64,000 nucleotides of DNA, from positions 410 to 64,409 of the forward strand of contig JBBISH010000014.1 in the NCBI GenBank assembly GCA_037441385.1. Reading direction: 5' to 3'. This document shows positions 56,246 through 64,000 of this stretch, in pieces; position 1 is the first letter of the stretch, and every line of letters starts with the position of its first letter. Origin of the DNA: Myxococcales bacterium. Lineage in GTDB: Bacteria; Myxococcota_A; UBA9042. The notes under the pieces were generated by a model that was not told where the DNA came from, did no database searches, and was given only the letters and a program-made list of their open reading frames with translations. The translations under genes and the position numbers were made by a program.

Positions 56246-57052
56246 ATGTCAGCCCATCCGCCTGGAATTCCTCCGCTTCTCTCGGCAATCGCAGCCGCGA
56301 CAGGCGCCGCGCCGCACCCACAGCGCACGTGCACGGCCCCCTTCGGCGCATTGCCCAAAGTGTCCGAGGCGACCAAGGCGGCACTCGCAAAGGCTGCCCT
56401 GTCCGCCAATGACCGATATTTGTATGAGTTTATTGAGGAATACTCCTTCTGCCCCTTTGCCCGAGCCGGCCGAGAGGCCGGGCAGACGGTCCGATTCGTG
56501 CACTACGCCGAGTCCCTGGACCTTGAGCCCCTGCTGGCTATCATGGAGAACGTGGCGCGCGACAAGCAGATTGTCGTCGCACAGCTCATCCTCCCGCTCG
56601 TAGAGGCGACGCCAGAGCAGTGGCAACAGTTCTGCGACGACCTGACGGCCGTCGGACACGCCCGCCTCGGTGGACCGCCTGTGCTGGCCTTCGCGGCGCT
56701 TCATCCGCAACTCAGCTATACCACGGCAAATCCTTGGTCGATGATCCCCCTGTTCCGGCGGGCCCCAGACCCGACCCTGCAATGGGCGCGGCTGGAAAGC
56801 CTGGAGGAGCTCTACGCCGGCCGCGACACGCAGACCAGAGTTGTCGACCCCGCAGACGTGCTGGAGTATGTGCGCACGGCGCCCAAGCCAAGGCCGCCGC
56901 TCTACTACCGTGTGACGGAAACCAACGCCAAGATGGCGCAGTTCCTCGGCCTGGAGTCCATCGAGTCCCGGCTCGCGTCGATGGCCACCGAGGCGCAGTC
57001 CGCGTACCACCGTTTGCTCATGGCGGATGACACGGAGGTCGACCATGGCTAA
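56246..57052 (+). CDS. Conserved hypothetical protein (DUF1415-like; CPFA motif)
   Basis: The motif is YEFIEEYSFCPFARAG. Coding potential is good. Confidence 0.4.
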   Translation: MSAHPPGIPPLLSAIAAATGAAPHPQRTCTAPFGALPKVSEATKAALAKAALSANDRYLYEFIEEYSFCPFARAGREAGQTVRFVHYAESLDLEPLLAIMENVARDKQIVVAQLILPLVEATPEQWQQFCDDLTAVGHARLGGPPVLAFAALHPQLSYTTANPWSMIPLFRRAPDPTLQWARLESLEELYAGRDTQTRVVDPADVLEYVRTAPKPRPPLYYRVTETNAKMAQFLGLESIESRLASMATEAQSAYHRLLMADDTEVDHG

Positions 57053-57422
57053 CGGCGATTGGATTGTAGTCACGAACCTCGCACAACTACATGACGATGA
57101 ACCCATTTCGGCAACCGCCTTGGACATCGACCTGGTCGTCGTCCAGTCTGGCGGCCAGGTATACGCACTGTACGGCCGCTGCCCACACCGCGGCGGGCTC
57201 ATGTCCGCCGGTTGCATCGAGGGGGGCAGCCTAGTCTGTACCCTGCACGGCTGGGATTTCGACCTGGAGACCGGCGCCAGCGGCCGGGTCCCCGGCGAGA
57301 CGCTCACGCGGTTCGGCGCAAGGATTGACCAAACCACGGGCGACGTCCTCGTCAGCCGCGACGAGCTCGAGGCGTGGCGTGTGGACAACCCTCAGGCGTT
57401 CCTGCCTGGTGAATTCTTCTAG
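57045..57422 (+). CDS. Rieske [2Fe-2S] domain protein
   Basis: The Rieske CXH...CXXH box is CPHRGG...CTLHGW. It overlaps the upstream gene end by 8 nt. Confidence 0.7.
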   Translation: MANGDWIVVTNLAQLHDDEPISATALDIDLVVVQSGGQVYALYGRCPHRGGLMSAGCIEGGSLVCTLHGWDFDLETGASGRVPGETLTRFGARIDQTTGDVLVSRDELEAWRVDNPQAFLPGEFF

Positions 57423-57463
57423 CAATTTCAGCAGTATGCCACAAGGATGCCTTGCGGTTGGCG

Positions 57464-59173
57464 CTATTCGTAGGTGATGAGCCAGACGGCGCCCTCGATG
57501 TCGCCGCCACCATCCGCCGGTGGCGCCCCGTTGAACTCGCCCTGGTAGCCCAGCACTGCGGTCGTGCCAGGCGGGGCCGCGGCCGTGACATCGGCGACCC
57601 AGGGCTCGACCTGCATCCCTGGGCACCAGCCGCCGCGACCGAACCACCAAGTTCCTGCCTGGTTCGGCGTCATCCCGGTCGTCATGTTCGGCATGCACTG
57701 GTTGTTGGTGCCGGCCATCGGGTGGACCTTGGTGAACTTGGCAGTCCCCACAGTGAAGACGTGCTGGTGGTTGCAGAATTCGGCGCAGCTCGTCTTTGGA
57801 TCCTGGCCGTGACCCGTAATCAGCGCCCACAGCTCGACACGCTTCGCCGCGGGCGGAATCGCGACCTGCCGGCTGGGATGGGCCGCGCCGTAACCGCTCC
57901 CCCAGGCGCCACCCGACCAGAGATACTCGGCCAGCTTTGGGCGCAACGGCTTGCCGCGGTCCAGAAAACGTAGCTTGATCCAGGTCTTGGTCGGCTGCGG
58001 GTTCCAGCTGGGCGCGAAATCCCAGCGAAACACCCGCTTGCCACCACCCGCCAACAGCGGCGCCAGCGCAGACGCATCGACCCGCCAGTGCGTTTCGCGG
58101 TGGTAGCTCGTGATGAAACGCGCGAACTCAATGTTCTTCTGCTGCTTCTCGTCCCAAACGCCCAAGTGGGCCAAGTAGTCCCACGCGCCGCAGTTGCCCA
58201 GCTCGGGCGCCGCATCGTTCGGGCAGCGCTGCTCCACCTCGACCTGCAGCGTGTCGTACTTGGCCAGCTCCGCGGCGGTGCCCAGATCGACCTCGACCGT
58301 CGCGTACTCGGCCAGCGTTTCGCCCTTCCAAAGCTCAACGTCGTGCCCGACTTCGGCCTCGGCCTGCAGTTCGCGGTCGGCTTCCGCGTTCAGCGCTAGG
58401 GCCTCGTTCGCGGCATAGGCCAGGTTCCCCTCCCACGGCCACTTGCCGGCGGCCTGCAGGTTCGCCTTCTGCCGCGTCACGTCAGAGAGGTTCCCGAACC
58501 CGCGCACGCGCTGAAACCGGTCAATCACAAAGCCAATCTGACCATGACCAACGGCCGCTTTGCCAATCCATGAATCCAGATCCTGGCCGCGCGTCGCGAC
58601 GACGTGCAGGTGGGCCGCCCAGTGGACCTGGGCATCGCCCTCCAACTTGGCGAGCGCCCCAGCGACCCTGGCCTGCATCGCCTGGATGTGGTCCGTCGCC
58701 GCCGCGGCCGATCGCAGCGACAAGAAGAAATAGTGCACATTGTCAGGCGATTTCTTGACAAGGGCGTCCAGGTCCTTGGCGCTGTCCCAGAGCGACGCGG
58801 AATTCAACTCGGACACAGGGACCAAGTCGGTCACGAAGACATAGACTTCGCAACCCTGGAAGGACTCTTTGAAATTCCAGGTTGTCTCGTCTGCCAATGG
58901 CACCGCAAAGTCGGCGGCTCGCTCGTGCCGAAGGAATCCGTACGGGCCTGCCGCAAAGGGGAGCAACTTCAATCCCCGGTCGGCACAAAACGTGGAGGCC
59001 ACCGCGTCTGGCCCCAGGTCAGCAAACTCGTCGCCAGGCACAGCAACATCCGCCACGGCCACGGCGTCGACCGGCGCCGCGTCTTGCACATCCGCGGAGG
59101 TGGCCGAGACCGCCGCCCCACCGCCGCACCCGGCAAGCACGGCCGCGATCAACACCAGACAGCGGACCACCAT
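57464..59173 (-). CDS. Hypothetical secreted lipoprotein (~570 aa)
   Basis: The signal is MVVRCLVLIAAVLAGC, followed by a Pro/Ala/Asp-rich linker. Coding periodicity is good throughout. Confidence 0.55.
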   Translation of the reverse strand: MVVRCLVLIAAVLAGCGGGAAVSATSADVQDAAPVDAVAVADVAVPGDEFADLGPDAVASTFCADRGLKLLPFAAGPYGFLRHERAADFAVPLADETTWNFKESFQGCEVYVFVTDLVPVSELNSASLWDSAKDLDALVKKSPDNVHYFFLSLRSAAAATDHIQAMQARVAGALAKLEGDAQVHWAAHLHVVATRGQDLDSWIGKAAVGHGQIGFVIDRFQRVRGFGNLSDVTRQKANLQAAGKWPWEGNLAYAANEALALNAEADRELQAEAEVGHDVELWKGETLAEYATVEVDLGTAAELAKYDTLQVEVEQRCPNDAAPELGNCGAWDYLAHLGVWDEKQQKNIEFARFITSYHRETHWRVDASALAPLLAGGGKRVFRWDFAPSWNPQPTKTWIKLRFLDRGKPLRPKLAEYLWSGGAWGSGYGAAHPSRQVAIPPAAKRVELWALITGHGQDPKTSCAEFCNHQHVFTVGTAKFTKVHPMAGTNNQCMPNMTTGMTPNQAGTWWFGRGGWCPGMQVEPWVADVTAAAPPGTTAVLGYQGEFNGAPPADGGGDIEGAVWLITYE

Positions 59174-59375
59174 GCAGCACCTCGACTCGTGCGGACGGAG
59201 CCGCCGCCCCCGACGCCCGCTCCCGCCTGCCACCATAGCGGAAGCGGCGCCCCGCGCAAGCCATTCCAGGTGCGCGCTACCCTAGATTCCAGCGACGGGC
59301 TAGACTCGCGGCCTGCGCCTCAAGCCCCGACTTGCGGCCGCAACGCCAGCATTCTGCCGGTACCCCAAAGGCCCC

Positions 59376-59828
59376 ATGACAACTAGCACCCTTGTGTCAG
59401 GTCAAGATATTTCTTACGGTTTTTCGCAGCTGGCAGTAGGTCAGCAGGCAGAGCGCACCTTCGAAGTCAGCGACGCCACCCTGGCGGCCTTCGCGGAGGT
59501 CAGCGGCGACCACAACCGCGTGCACTTGGACCAGGAGTACGCAGAGCACACGCCGTTCCGCGGGCGCATCGCCCACGGCATGCTCACGGCGGGCTACATC
59601 TCGGCCGTCCTGGCGAACCAGCTGCCGGGCAACGGGACGGTGTACCTCAGCCAAGAGTTGAAGTTCCGCGCGCCGGTCCGACCGGGCGACCGTGTCACGG
59701 TCCAGGTCACCGTGCGCGAGCTCCACGCCGACAAACAGCGCGTCGTCCTGCAGACCCAGGCATTCGTGGGCGACAAGATGGTCGTAGACGGCACCGCCAC
59801 CGTCTTGCCGCCCGGGGCGCTCAAGTAG
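59376..59828 (+). CDS. MaoC-like (R)-specific enoyl-CoA hydratase / hotdog-fold dehydratase
   Basis: The hotdog-fold sequences are DHNRVHLD...FRGRIAHGML. Confidence 0.8.
   Translation: MTTSTLVSGQDISYGFSQLAVGQQAERTFEVSDATLAAFAEVSGDHNRVHLDQEYAEHTPFRGRIAHGMLTAGYISAVLANQLPGNGTVYLSQELKFRAPVRPGDRVTVQVTVRELHADKQRVVLQTQAFVGDKMVVDGTATVLPPGALK
59377..59401 (-). promoter_or_regulatory. Instance 5 of the 23-bp motif (minus strand): TGACACAAGGGTGCTAGTTGTCA, ~200 nt upstream of the minus-strand lipoprotein gene and overlapping the MaoC start
   Basis: This is the reverse complement of tgacaactagcacccttgtgtca. It is a perfect TGACA-N13-TGTCA inverted repeat. Confidence 0.5.
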
Positions 59829-59842
59829 CGACGGCCGCTAGC

Positions 59843-59872
59843 GAACTTGCGCAGTGCGAACTTGCGCAGTGC
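59843..59872. repeat. 15-bp x2 tandem duplication GAACTTGCGCAGTGC
   Basis: Direct reading, between the MaoC and GST genes. Confidence 0.5.
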
Positions 59873-59979
59873 GACCTTGACAGCGCTCCAGCCGCGGTGT
59901 GGGATGCGCCCAGCCCCACTCACGCGGGCTCAGGTCCACCATGCCCAGTTCCGCCTTGGCGCGCCCTAGCGCCCTCTTG

Positions 59980-60576
59980 ATGACCCTCACCAGCCCGTAC
60001 GCGCGCAAATGCCGCATGGTCGCTCTTGAAAAAGGCGTCGACCTGCCGTGCACCGTCGAGCCGCCGCACGCCCAAGGCAGCCGCGTCGGCACGCTCAACC
60101 CGCTGGTCAAAGTCCCCACGCTGCTCCTGGAAGATGGCTCGTCCGTCTACGACTCGCGGGTCATCATCGAGTACCTGGAGCTTCTTTGGCCCGAGCCCGC
60201 CATCGTGCCCCGCGAGCCAGGCGACCGCATCGACGCCCTGCGCTGGCAGGCCCTGGGCGACGGGCTCGCCGACGCTATGGTCCTCCTTTTCAGCGAAGGA
60301 CTCCGGCCCGCCGAGCGCCGCGACCCCGACTGGGAGAGCCGCCAGCGCCACAAAGTTCGAGCGACCCTGGCGCTACTGGACACGATCGCCCGGCCCGAGC
60401 AGTACCTGGTCGGAAATCGCCTGACTCTCGCAGACTTGGCCGCTGTCGCCGGTGTGGGCTACGTTGGGCTCCGCGGGGCCGACCTCCTGGCCGAAGGCTA
60501 CCCCAACCTCCACGCATGGCTCCGGTGGCTCCACGAGCGCCCGTCCGTCCGCGACACGGCGCCGCCGCGCAGCTAG
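59980..60576 (+). CDS. Glutathione S-transferase family protein
   Basis: The GST N-terminal thioredoxin-like start is MTLTSPYARKCRMVALEKGV. Upstream alternative starts lie at 59941 and 59899. Confidence 0.7.
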   Translation: MTLTSPYARKCRMVALEKGVDLPCTVEPPHAQGSRVGTLNPLVKVPTLLLEDGSSVYDSRVIIEYLELLWPEPAIVPREPGDRIDALRWQALGDGLADAMVLLFSEGLRPAERRDPDWESRQRHKVRATLALLDTIARPEQYLVGNRLTLADLAAVAGVGYVGLRGADLLAEGYPNLHAWLRWLHERPSVRDTAPPRS

Positions 60577-60637
60577 GCCTGCCTTACCGCTTGCCTACTC
60601 TGGCGCAGCGCCGAAAGCCCTCACCCCCGGCCTGCGG

Positions 60638-60699
60638 CCGACCCCTCTCCCACTGAAGTGGGCGAGGGGTAAAGGGAAATTGCATTGCCCCTCGCCCAA
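60638..60699 (+). promoter_or_regulatory. Two mutually exclusive strong hairpins sharing the segment GTGGGCGAGGGG (12-bp stem/TGAA loop versus 10-bp stem/22-nt loop) in a 470-bp AT-rich non-coding gap
   Basis: Hairpin A pairs CCCCTCTCCCAC with GTGGGCGAGGGG. Hairpin B pairs GGGCGAGGGG with CCCCTCGCCC. Confidence 0.4.
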
Positions 60700-61047
60700 A
60701 GCGGAGACTGTTGCAAAGGTATGTTCGCAGAATTCTGATGCCAATACATTCAATCGGTTGCACGGCGAAAGCACCCGAATTCGACCCTTATGCAACAACC
60801 TCAAAGCGTTGGGAGGGGCAGACGCCGAAGGCGGCGGGGTGAGGGCCAAGTGCCAAGGATCGCACAGGTTTCCACCGCATTTACGGCACTAGTAGCCATC
60901 CGGTAAGGCAGGCAGCTAGGCAGGTAGGGCCAAGGCGGCGGTCAGACCGCGACGATTTCGCCCCGACGAACGGCTGCCGGCGCTCGCTTGGCGCCCACCA
61001 GAAATCAGGCTAAGGTCCAGCCGTTCCGTCCGTCCACCGGAGGCGCC

Positions 61048-64000
61048 ATGTCCCGCTCCCCGCTTTGGCTCGTGCTTGTGGCCACTTGCATCGCGGTCAC
61101 GGCCACCGCAGAGCCCGCGGAAAACCAGGCGCAGGCAGCCAGGCAGCCCCAAGACCCCCGCCTGGCCGAGGCCGCAGCCCTCATGCAGCAGGCGAGCCAG
61201 CTCATTGCCGGCGGGCGGTATGCCGACGCCAAGATCGCGGCCCAGCAAGCGATCGACCGCATCCAAGCCGCCCTGGGCCGAAATGCCCCGCAACTCGCCG
61301 AACCGATGAGTCTCTTGGGCGACGCGATCCGCATGACCGGCGACGTCGCCAAGGGAGAGGAACTGCAGCGGCAGGCCCTGGCGCTGTACGACAAGGCCGG
61401 CGCGCAAGACACGCCCTACTACGGCAGCGTCCTGTACCGCCTTGCCGACGTGCTCCGGATGCGCGGCAAGTTCGCCGAGGCGCTCAAAGTCCAGGAACAG
61501 CTGGGAGCGCTGTACCAAAGGCTCTACGGCGCCCAGGATTCGGCCGGCCTCGCCGTCTGCCTGAGCGCACAGGCCGAGTTGCAGCGCCTCTTGGGCCACA
61601 CGGACAAGGCCCTGGAGCTTCACAAGCGCGCGATCGCCATGTCCAAGGCGACCCACGGCCCACGCCACGCCTACACTGCCAGCCTGATGCAGGCCGAGGC
61701 GACCACCTACGCGACCCGCGGCGAATACCCCAAAGCGGTCAAGGGCTTCGAGGAGGCCTTGCAGATCCTAGAGGAAGCGCTGGGCCCGGACCACATGTGG
61801 GTCGCGCAAGTGGCGCAGAACCTTGGTCTTGAGCTCGTCCATACCGGCGACCTGAAGCGCGCTGACCTGCTCTTTGAACGCGCCCTGAAGATCGACCAAG
61901 CTACCCTGGGCGCCGAACACCCGTTCGTCGCGGCTGTCCTAGCCAATCAAGGCGAGGTCGCCCTGCTCCGCCACCGCCTGGACCTCGCCGAAAGCAAGCT
62001 CCGCCAAGCGTTCACCATCGCTGAAGCTGCCTATGGCGAGGAGCATCCCGAGGTCATCGCGGTGGCGGAGCACTACGCGCGCATCCTCCGCGAGACGGGG
62101 CGCCACGGCCGGGCCAAGTCGCTGCTGCTGCACACTCTTGCGCTCCACGAGAAGCTGCAAGGCTCCGACCACCCCGACCTTGCCAACTCGCTCATCCCAC
62201 TCGCCGAACTCGCCATGGATCAGGGAGAAATCAGCCTGGGCGAGACCTACGCGGCCCGCGCGCAGCGATTGGTCGAGCAAGCCCACGGCCACCGCCATCC
62301 TTTGCTCGTGCCGGTCCTGGACCTGCTGGCCCGCATCGACACCGCCGTCGACGACCGCGAACAACTCATCGCCCGCCGGCAAGCGGCCCTGGTCATTCAC
62401 CTGGCAAGCAACGGGCCGCACCACCCCAACACCGCCAGCGCGCAGACCAATCTGGCCGACGCACTCCTCCCGTCTGACGCGACCCAAGCGGTGGCGCTCA
62501 TGCAGCAGGCCCTGACCACCACCCGCGATATCTTTGGCGAAGAGCACCTGAACACCGCGACCGCCCGCGGCAACCTGGGAGCGGCGCTGGCCGTTCAAGG
62601 CGACCTGCCCCAAGCCGAACGCGAGCTCAAGGCGGCCCTGGCCCTGGATCAACGCCTGCTGGGTCCCCGCAACGTGCAGGTCGGCGCCGACCTCTACAAC
62701 CTCGCGATGGCCGACGCCAAGCTCGGTCACCTGACCGCGGCAGAGAGCCAACTTCGCACCGCCCTGGCCATGGAGGAAGAAGCCATCGGACGCGACAGTC
62801 CGGGCCTCCTCGCGAGCCTGTGGCGGCTCGCCGACCTCGTGGACGCACGCAAGCAATACGCCGAGGGACTGGTTCTCCGCGCGCGCGCCTCGGCCCTGCG
62901 CGACCGCGGTCTGGCCGAGCTGCTGTGGACCGGCGACGAGCAGCGCAAGGTCAGTCTGCTCACCCACGCCGCAGAGGACACGGCCGCCCTGCTCCGCTAT
63001 GCGGTGATGCTGACTCCGAATGAGCCGCGCGCCAGCGAGTTGGCCCTCCAAGCGGTGCTGCGCAGGCACGGGCGCACGGTCGATGCTCTGGCCAACACCC
63101 TGGCAACGCTGCGGCAACGGCTTGGCAGCGACGACCGGAAAATCTTGGATACCCTGGCCGAAACGCGGTCACGGCTCTCTGCCTATGCCCTCAAAGGGCC
63201 CGGCGACGGCGACGAGAGCGCGTGGCACGCCACGGTGGACGCGCTGAAGGGCGAGATCACCAAGACCGAGATGACCTTGGCACAGCACAGCGACGCCTAC
63301 CGCCGGGGCACGGAGGCCGAGGCGACAGTCGCAGCAGTCCAGGCGGCTCTGGCTGCCGACGCTGCACTTGTTGAATACGCTGTTTGGACACCCACTTCCG
63401 AGGTGGAGCATGGCCGCTGGGAAGAGCAGAAGCTCGCGCCGCGGCTGGCCGCCTGCGTCCTCCGCGCAACCGGCAAGCCGCGCTGGTTTGATCTGGGCGA
63501 ACTCGCGGCCGTGGAGAAGGCCACTGGCAACGCGCGCCGAGCCGTCAACAAGGCCGGAACCGACCCGGCACCGACCCTCAAAGCCCTGTCCGAACAGGTG
63601 CTTGCGCCGCTATGGCCTGCTCTAACCGGCGCCAAGAAGCTCCACATCGCCGGCGACGGTCCGCTGTTGGTGGTGCCCTTCGCGGCGCTGCCAACCCCCG
63701 ACGGGCGCCCACTCCTCGACGCGGTTCAGGTCGGCTACCTTGGCTCGGGCCGCGAGCTGCTGCGCCACGAAGCGCCGCCGGCTCCCCGCCAACCGCCGCT
63801 GGTCATCGCCAACCCCGACTTTGGACCCAAGCCCCCCGGCGGCGACGACGAGTCTACGGACTTGCGTTCTCTCGCCGTGGCTGCCCTGCCCGGCACCGCC
63901 AACGAGGCCCAGATTGTCGCGAAGTTGTACCCCAAGGCCAGCGTCCTCACCGGCAGCAGGGCGCGCGAGTCGGCACTCAAAGCCAGCCACGGTCCGCAGT
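61048..64000 (+). CDS. Secreted TPR-repeat (KLC-like TPR_12) + CHAT domain protein, 3' end outside window
   Basis: The signal is MSRSPLWLVLVATCIAVTATA. More than 15 TPR-like 42-aa repeats follow. The CHAT-domain start KKLHIAGDGPLLVVPFAALP sits just before the window end. Confidence 0.7.
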   Translation, partial: MSRSPLWLVLVATCIAVTATAEPAENQAQAARQPQDPRLAEAAALMQQASQLIAGGRYADAKIAAQQAIDRIQAALGRNAPQLAEPMSLLGDAIRMTGDVAKGEELQRQALALYDKAGAQDTPYYGSVLYRLADVLRMRGKFAEALKVQEQLGALYQRLYGAQDSAGLAVCLSAQAELQRLLGHTDKALELHKRAIAMSKATHGPRHAYTASLMQAEATTYATRGEYPKAVKGFEEALQILEEALGPDHMWVAQVAQNLGLELVHTGDLKRADLLFERALKIDQATLGAEHPFVAAVLANQGEVALLRHRLDLAESKLRQAFTIAEAAYGEEHPEVIAVAEHYARILRETGRHGRAKSLLLHTLALHEKLQGSDHPDLANSLIPLAELAMDQGEISLGETYAARAQRLVEQAHGHRHPLLVPVLDLLARIDTAVDDREQLIARRQAALVIHLASNGPHHPNTASAQTNLADALLPSDATQAVALMQQALTTTRDIFGEEHLNTATARGNLGAALAVQGDLPQAERELKAALALDQRLLGPRNVQVGADLYNLAMADAKLGHLTAAESQLRTALAMEEEAIGRDSPGLLASLWRLADLVDARKQYAEGLVLRARASALRDRGLAELLWTGDEQRKVSLLTHAAEDTAALLRYAVMLTPNEPRASELALQAVLRRHGRTVDALANTLATLRQRLGSDDRKILDTLAETRSRLSAYALKGPGDGDESAWHATVDALKGEITKTEMTLAQHSDAYRRGTEAEATVAAVQAALAADAALVEYAVWTPTSEVEHGRWEEQKLAPRLAACVLRATGKPRWFDLGELAAVEKATGNARRAVNKAGTDPAPTLKALSEQVLAPLWPALTGAKKLHIAGDGPLLVVPFAALPTPDGRPLLDAVQVGYLGSGRELLRHEAPPAPRQPPLVIANPDFGPKPPGGDDESTDLRSLAVAALPGTANEAQIVAKLYPKASVLTGSRARESALKASHGPQ

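Noticed and set aside
60595-60849. 84-aa minus-strand ORF in the AT-rich intergenic gap
   Set aside because: It has no signal, motif or codon bias support. The region is better explained as a non-coding regulatory or sRNA region.
1-64000. Search for CRISPR arrays, tRNA/rRNA genes, integrases and IS transposases
   Set aside because: No regularly spaced direct repeats with unique spacers were seen. There is no tRNA-like GTTCGAATC/T-arm context, no rRNA-like segments, and no transposase or integrase motifs in any frame.

Overview
This is a 64-kb, roughly 70% GC, gene-dense bacterial chromosomal segment. Its content (many Sec/lipoprotein signal peptides, a Hanks-type Ser/Thr kinase, two TPR-CHAT proteins, sbcCD) points to a Myxococcota-like origin. 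I call about 45 CDSs and found no rRNA, tRNA, CRISPR array or obvious IS element.

Main blocks, in order:
- Secreted hydrolase trio: a clan-A glycoside hydrolase, a giant Cys-rich beta-helix lipoprotein and an S1 protease.
- sbcDC.
- Several lipoproteins.
- A modular tail-fibre-like secreted protein ending in a fibrinogen-related domain (FReD). Its paralog lies 23 kb away with a swapped C-terminal domain, beside a lone phage tail-tube gene.
- A DUF1566 gene fused in frame to an ndh remnant.
- A transglutaminase-like protein.
- An MFS / CoA-activase / fpg operon.
- An EF-G paralog + MFS pair.
- A Ser/Thr kinase next to a carboxypeptidase-regulatory-domain + TPR + CHAT protein.
- A cytochrome cluster: a cyc2/cyc1-like fused cytochrome-porin + dihaem pair, PSCyt1-type lipoproteins, DUF4266/DUF3570 and an OmcB-like multihaem lipoprotein.
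- A glycosylation operon: a GT87-like protein, two GT2 genes and a DUF2064-radical-SAM fusion.
- Rieske, MaoC and GST genes, then a second TPR-CHAT gene truncated at the window end.

Non-coding structure stands out in three ways:
- A 23-bp motif, CATGACACAAGGGTGC-N4-TGTC, recurs at seven sites (five clearly 5' of secreted/lipoprotein genes, one weaker and closer to a cytoplasmic MaoC start, one intragenic), plus a palindromised variant.
- A GGGGGGCA(T/A)TTTCTAC motif sits 14-20 nt after three stop codons and bounds a 285-bp element.
- A dispersed ~55-bp repeat with a TTCGGGCCCGAA palindrome has three copies.

All domain calls rest on motif recognition by eye and none were database-verified.
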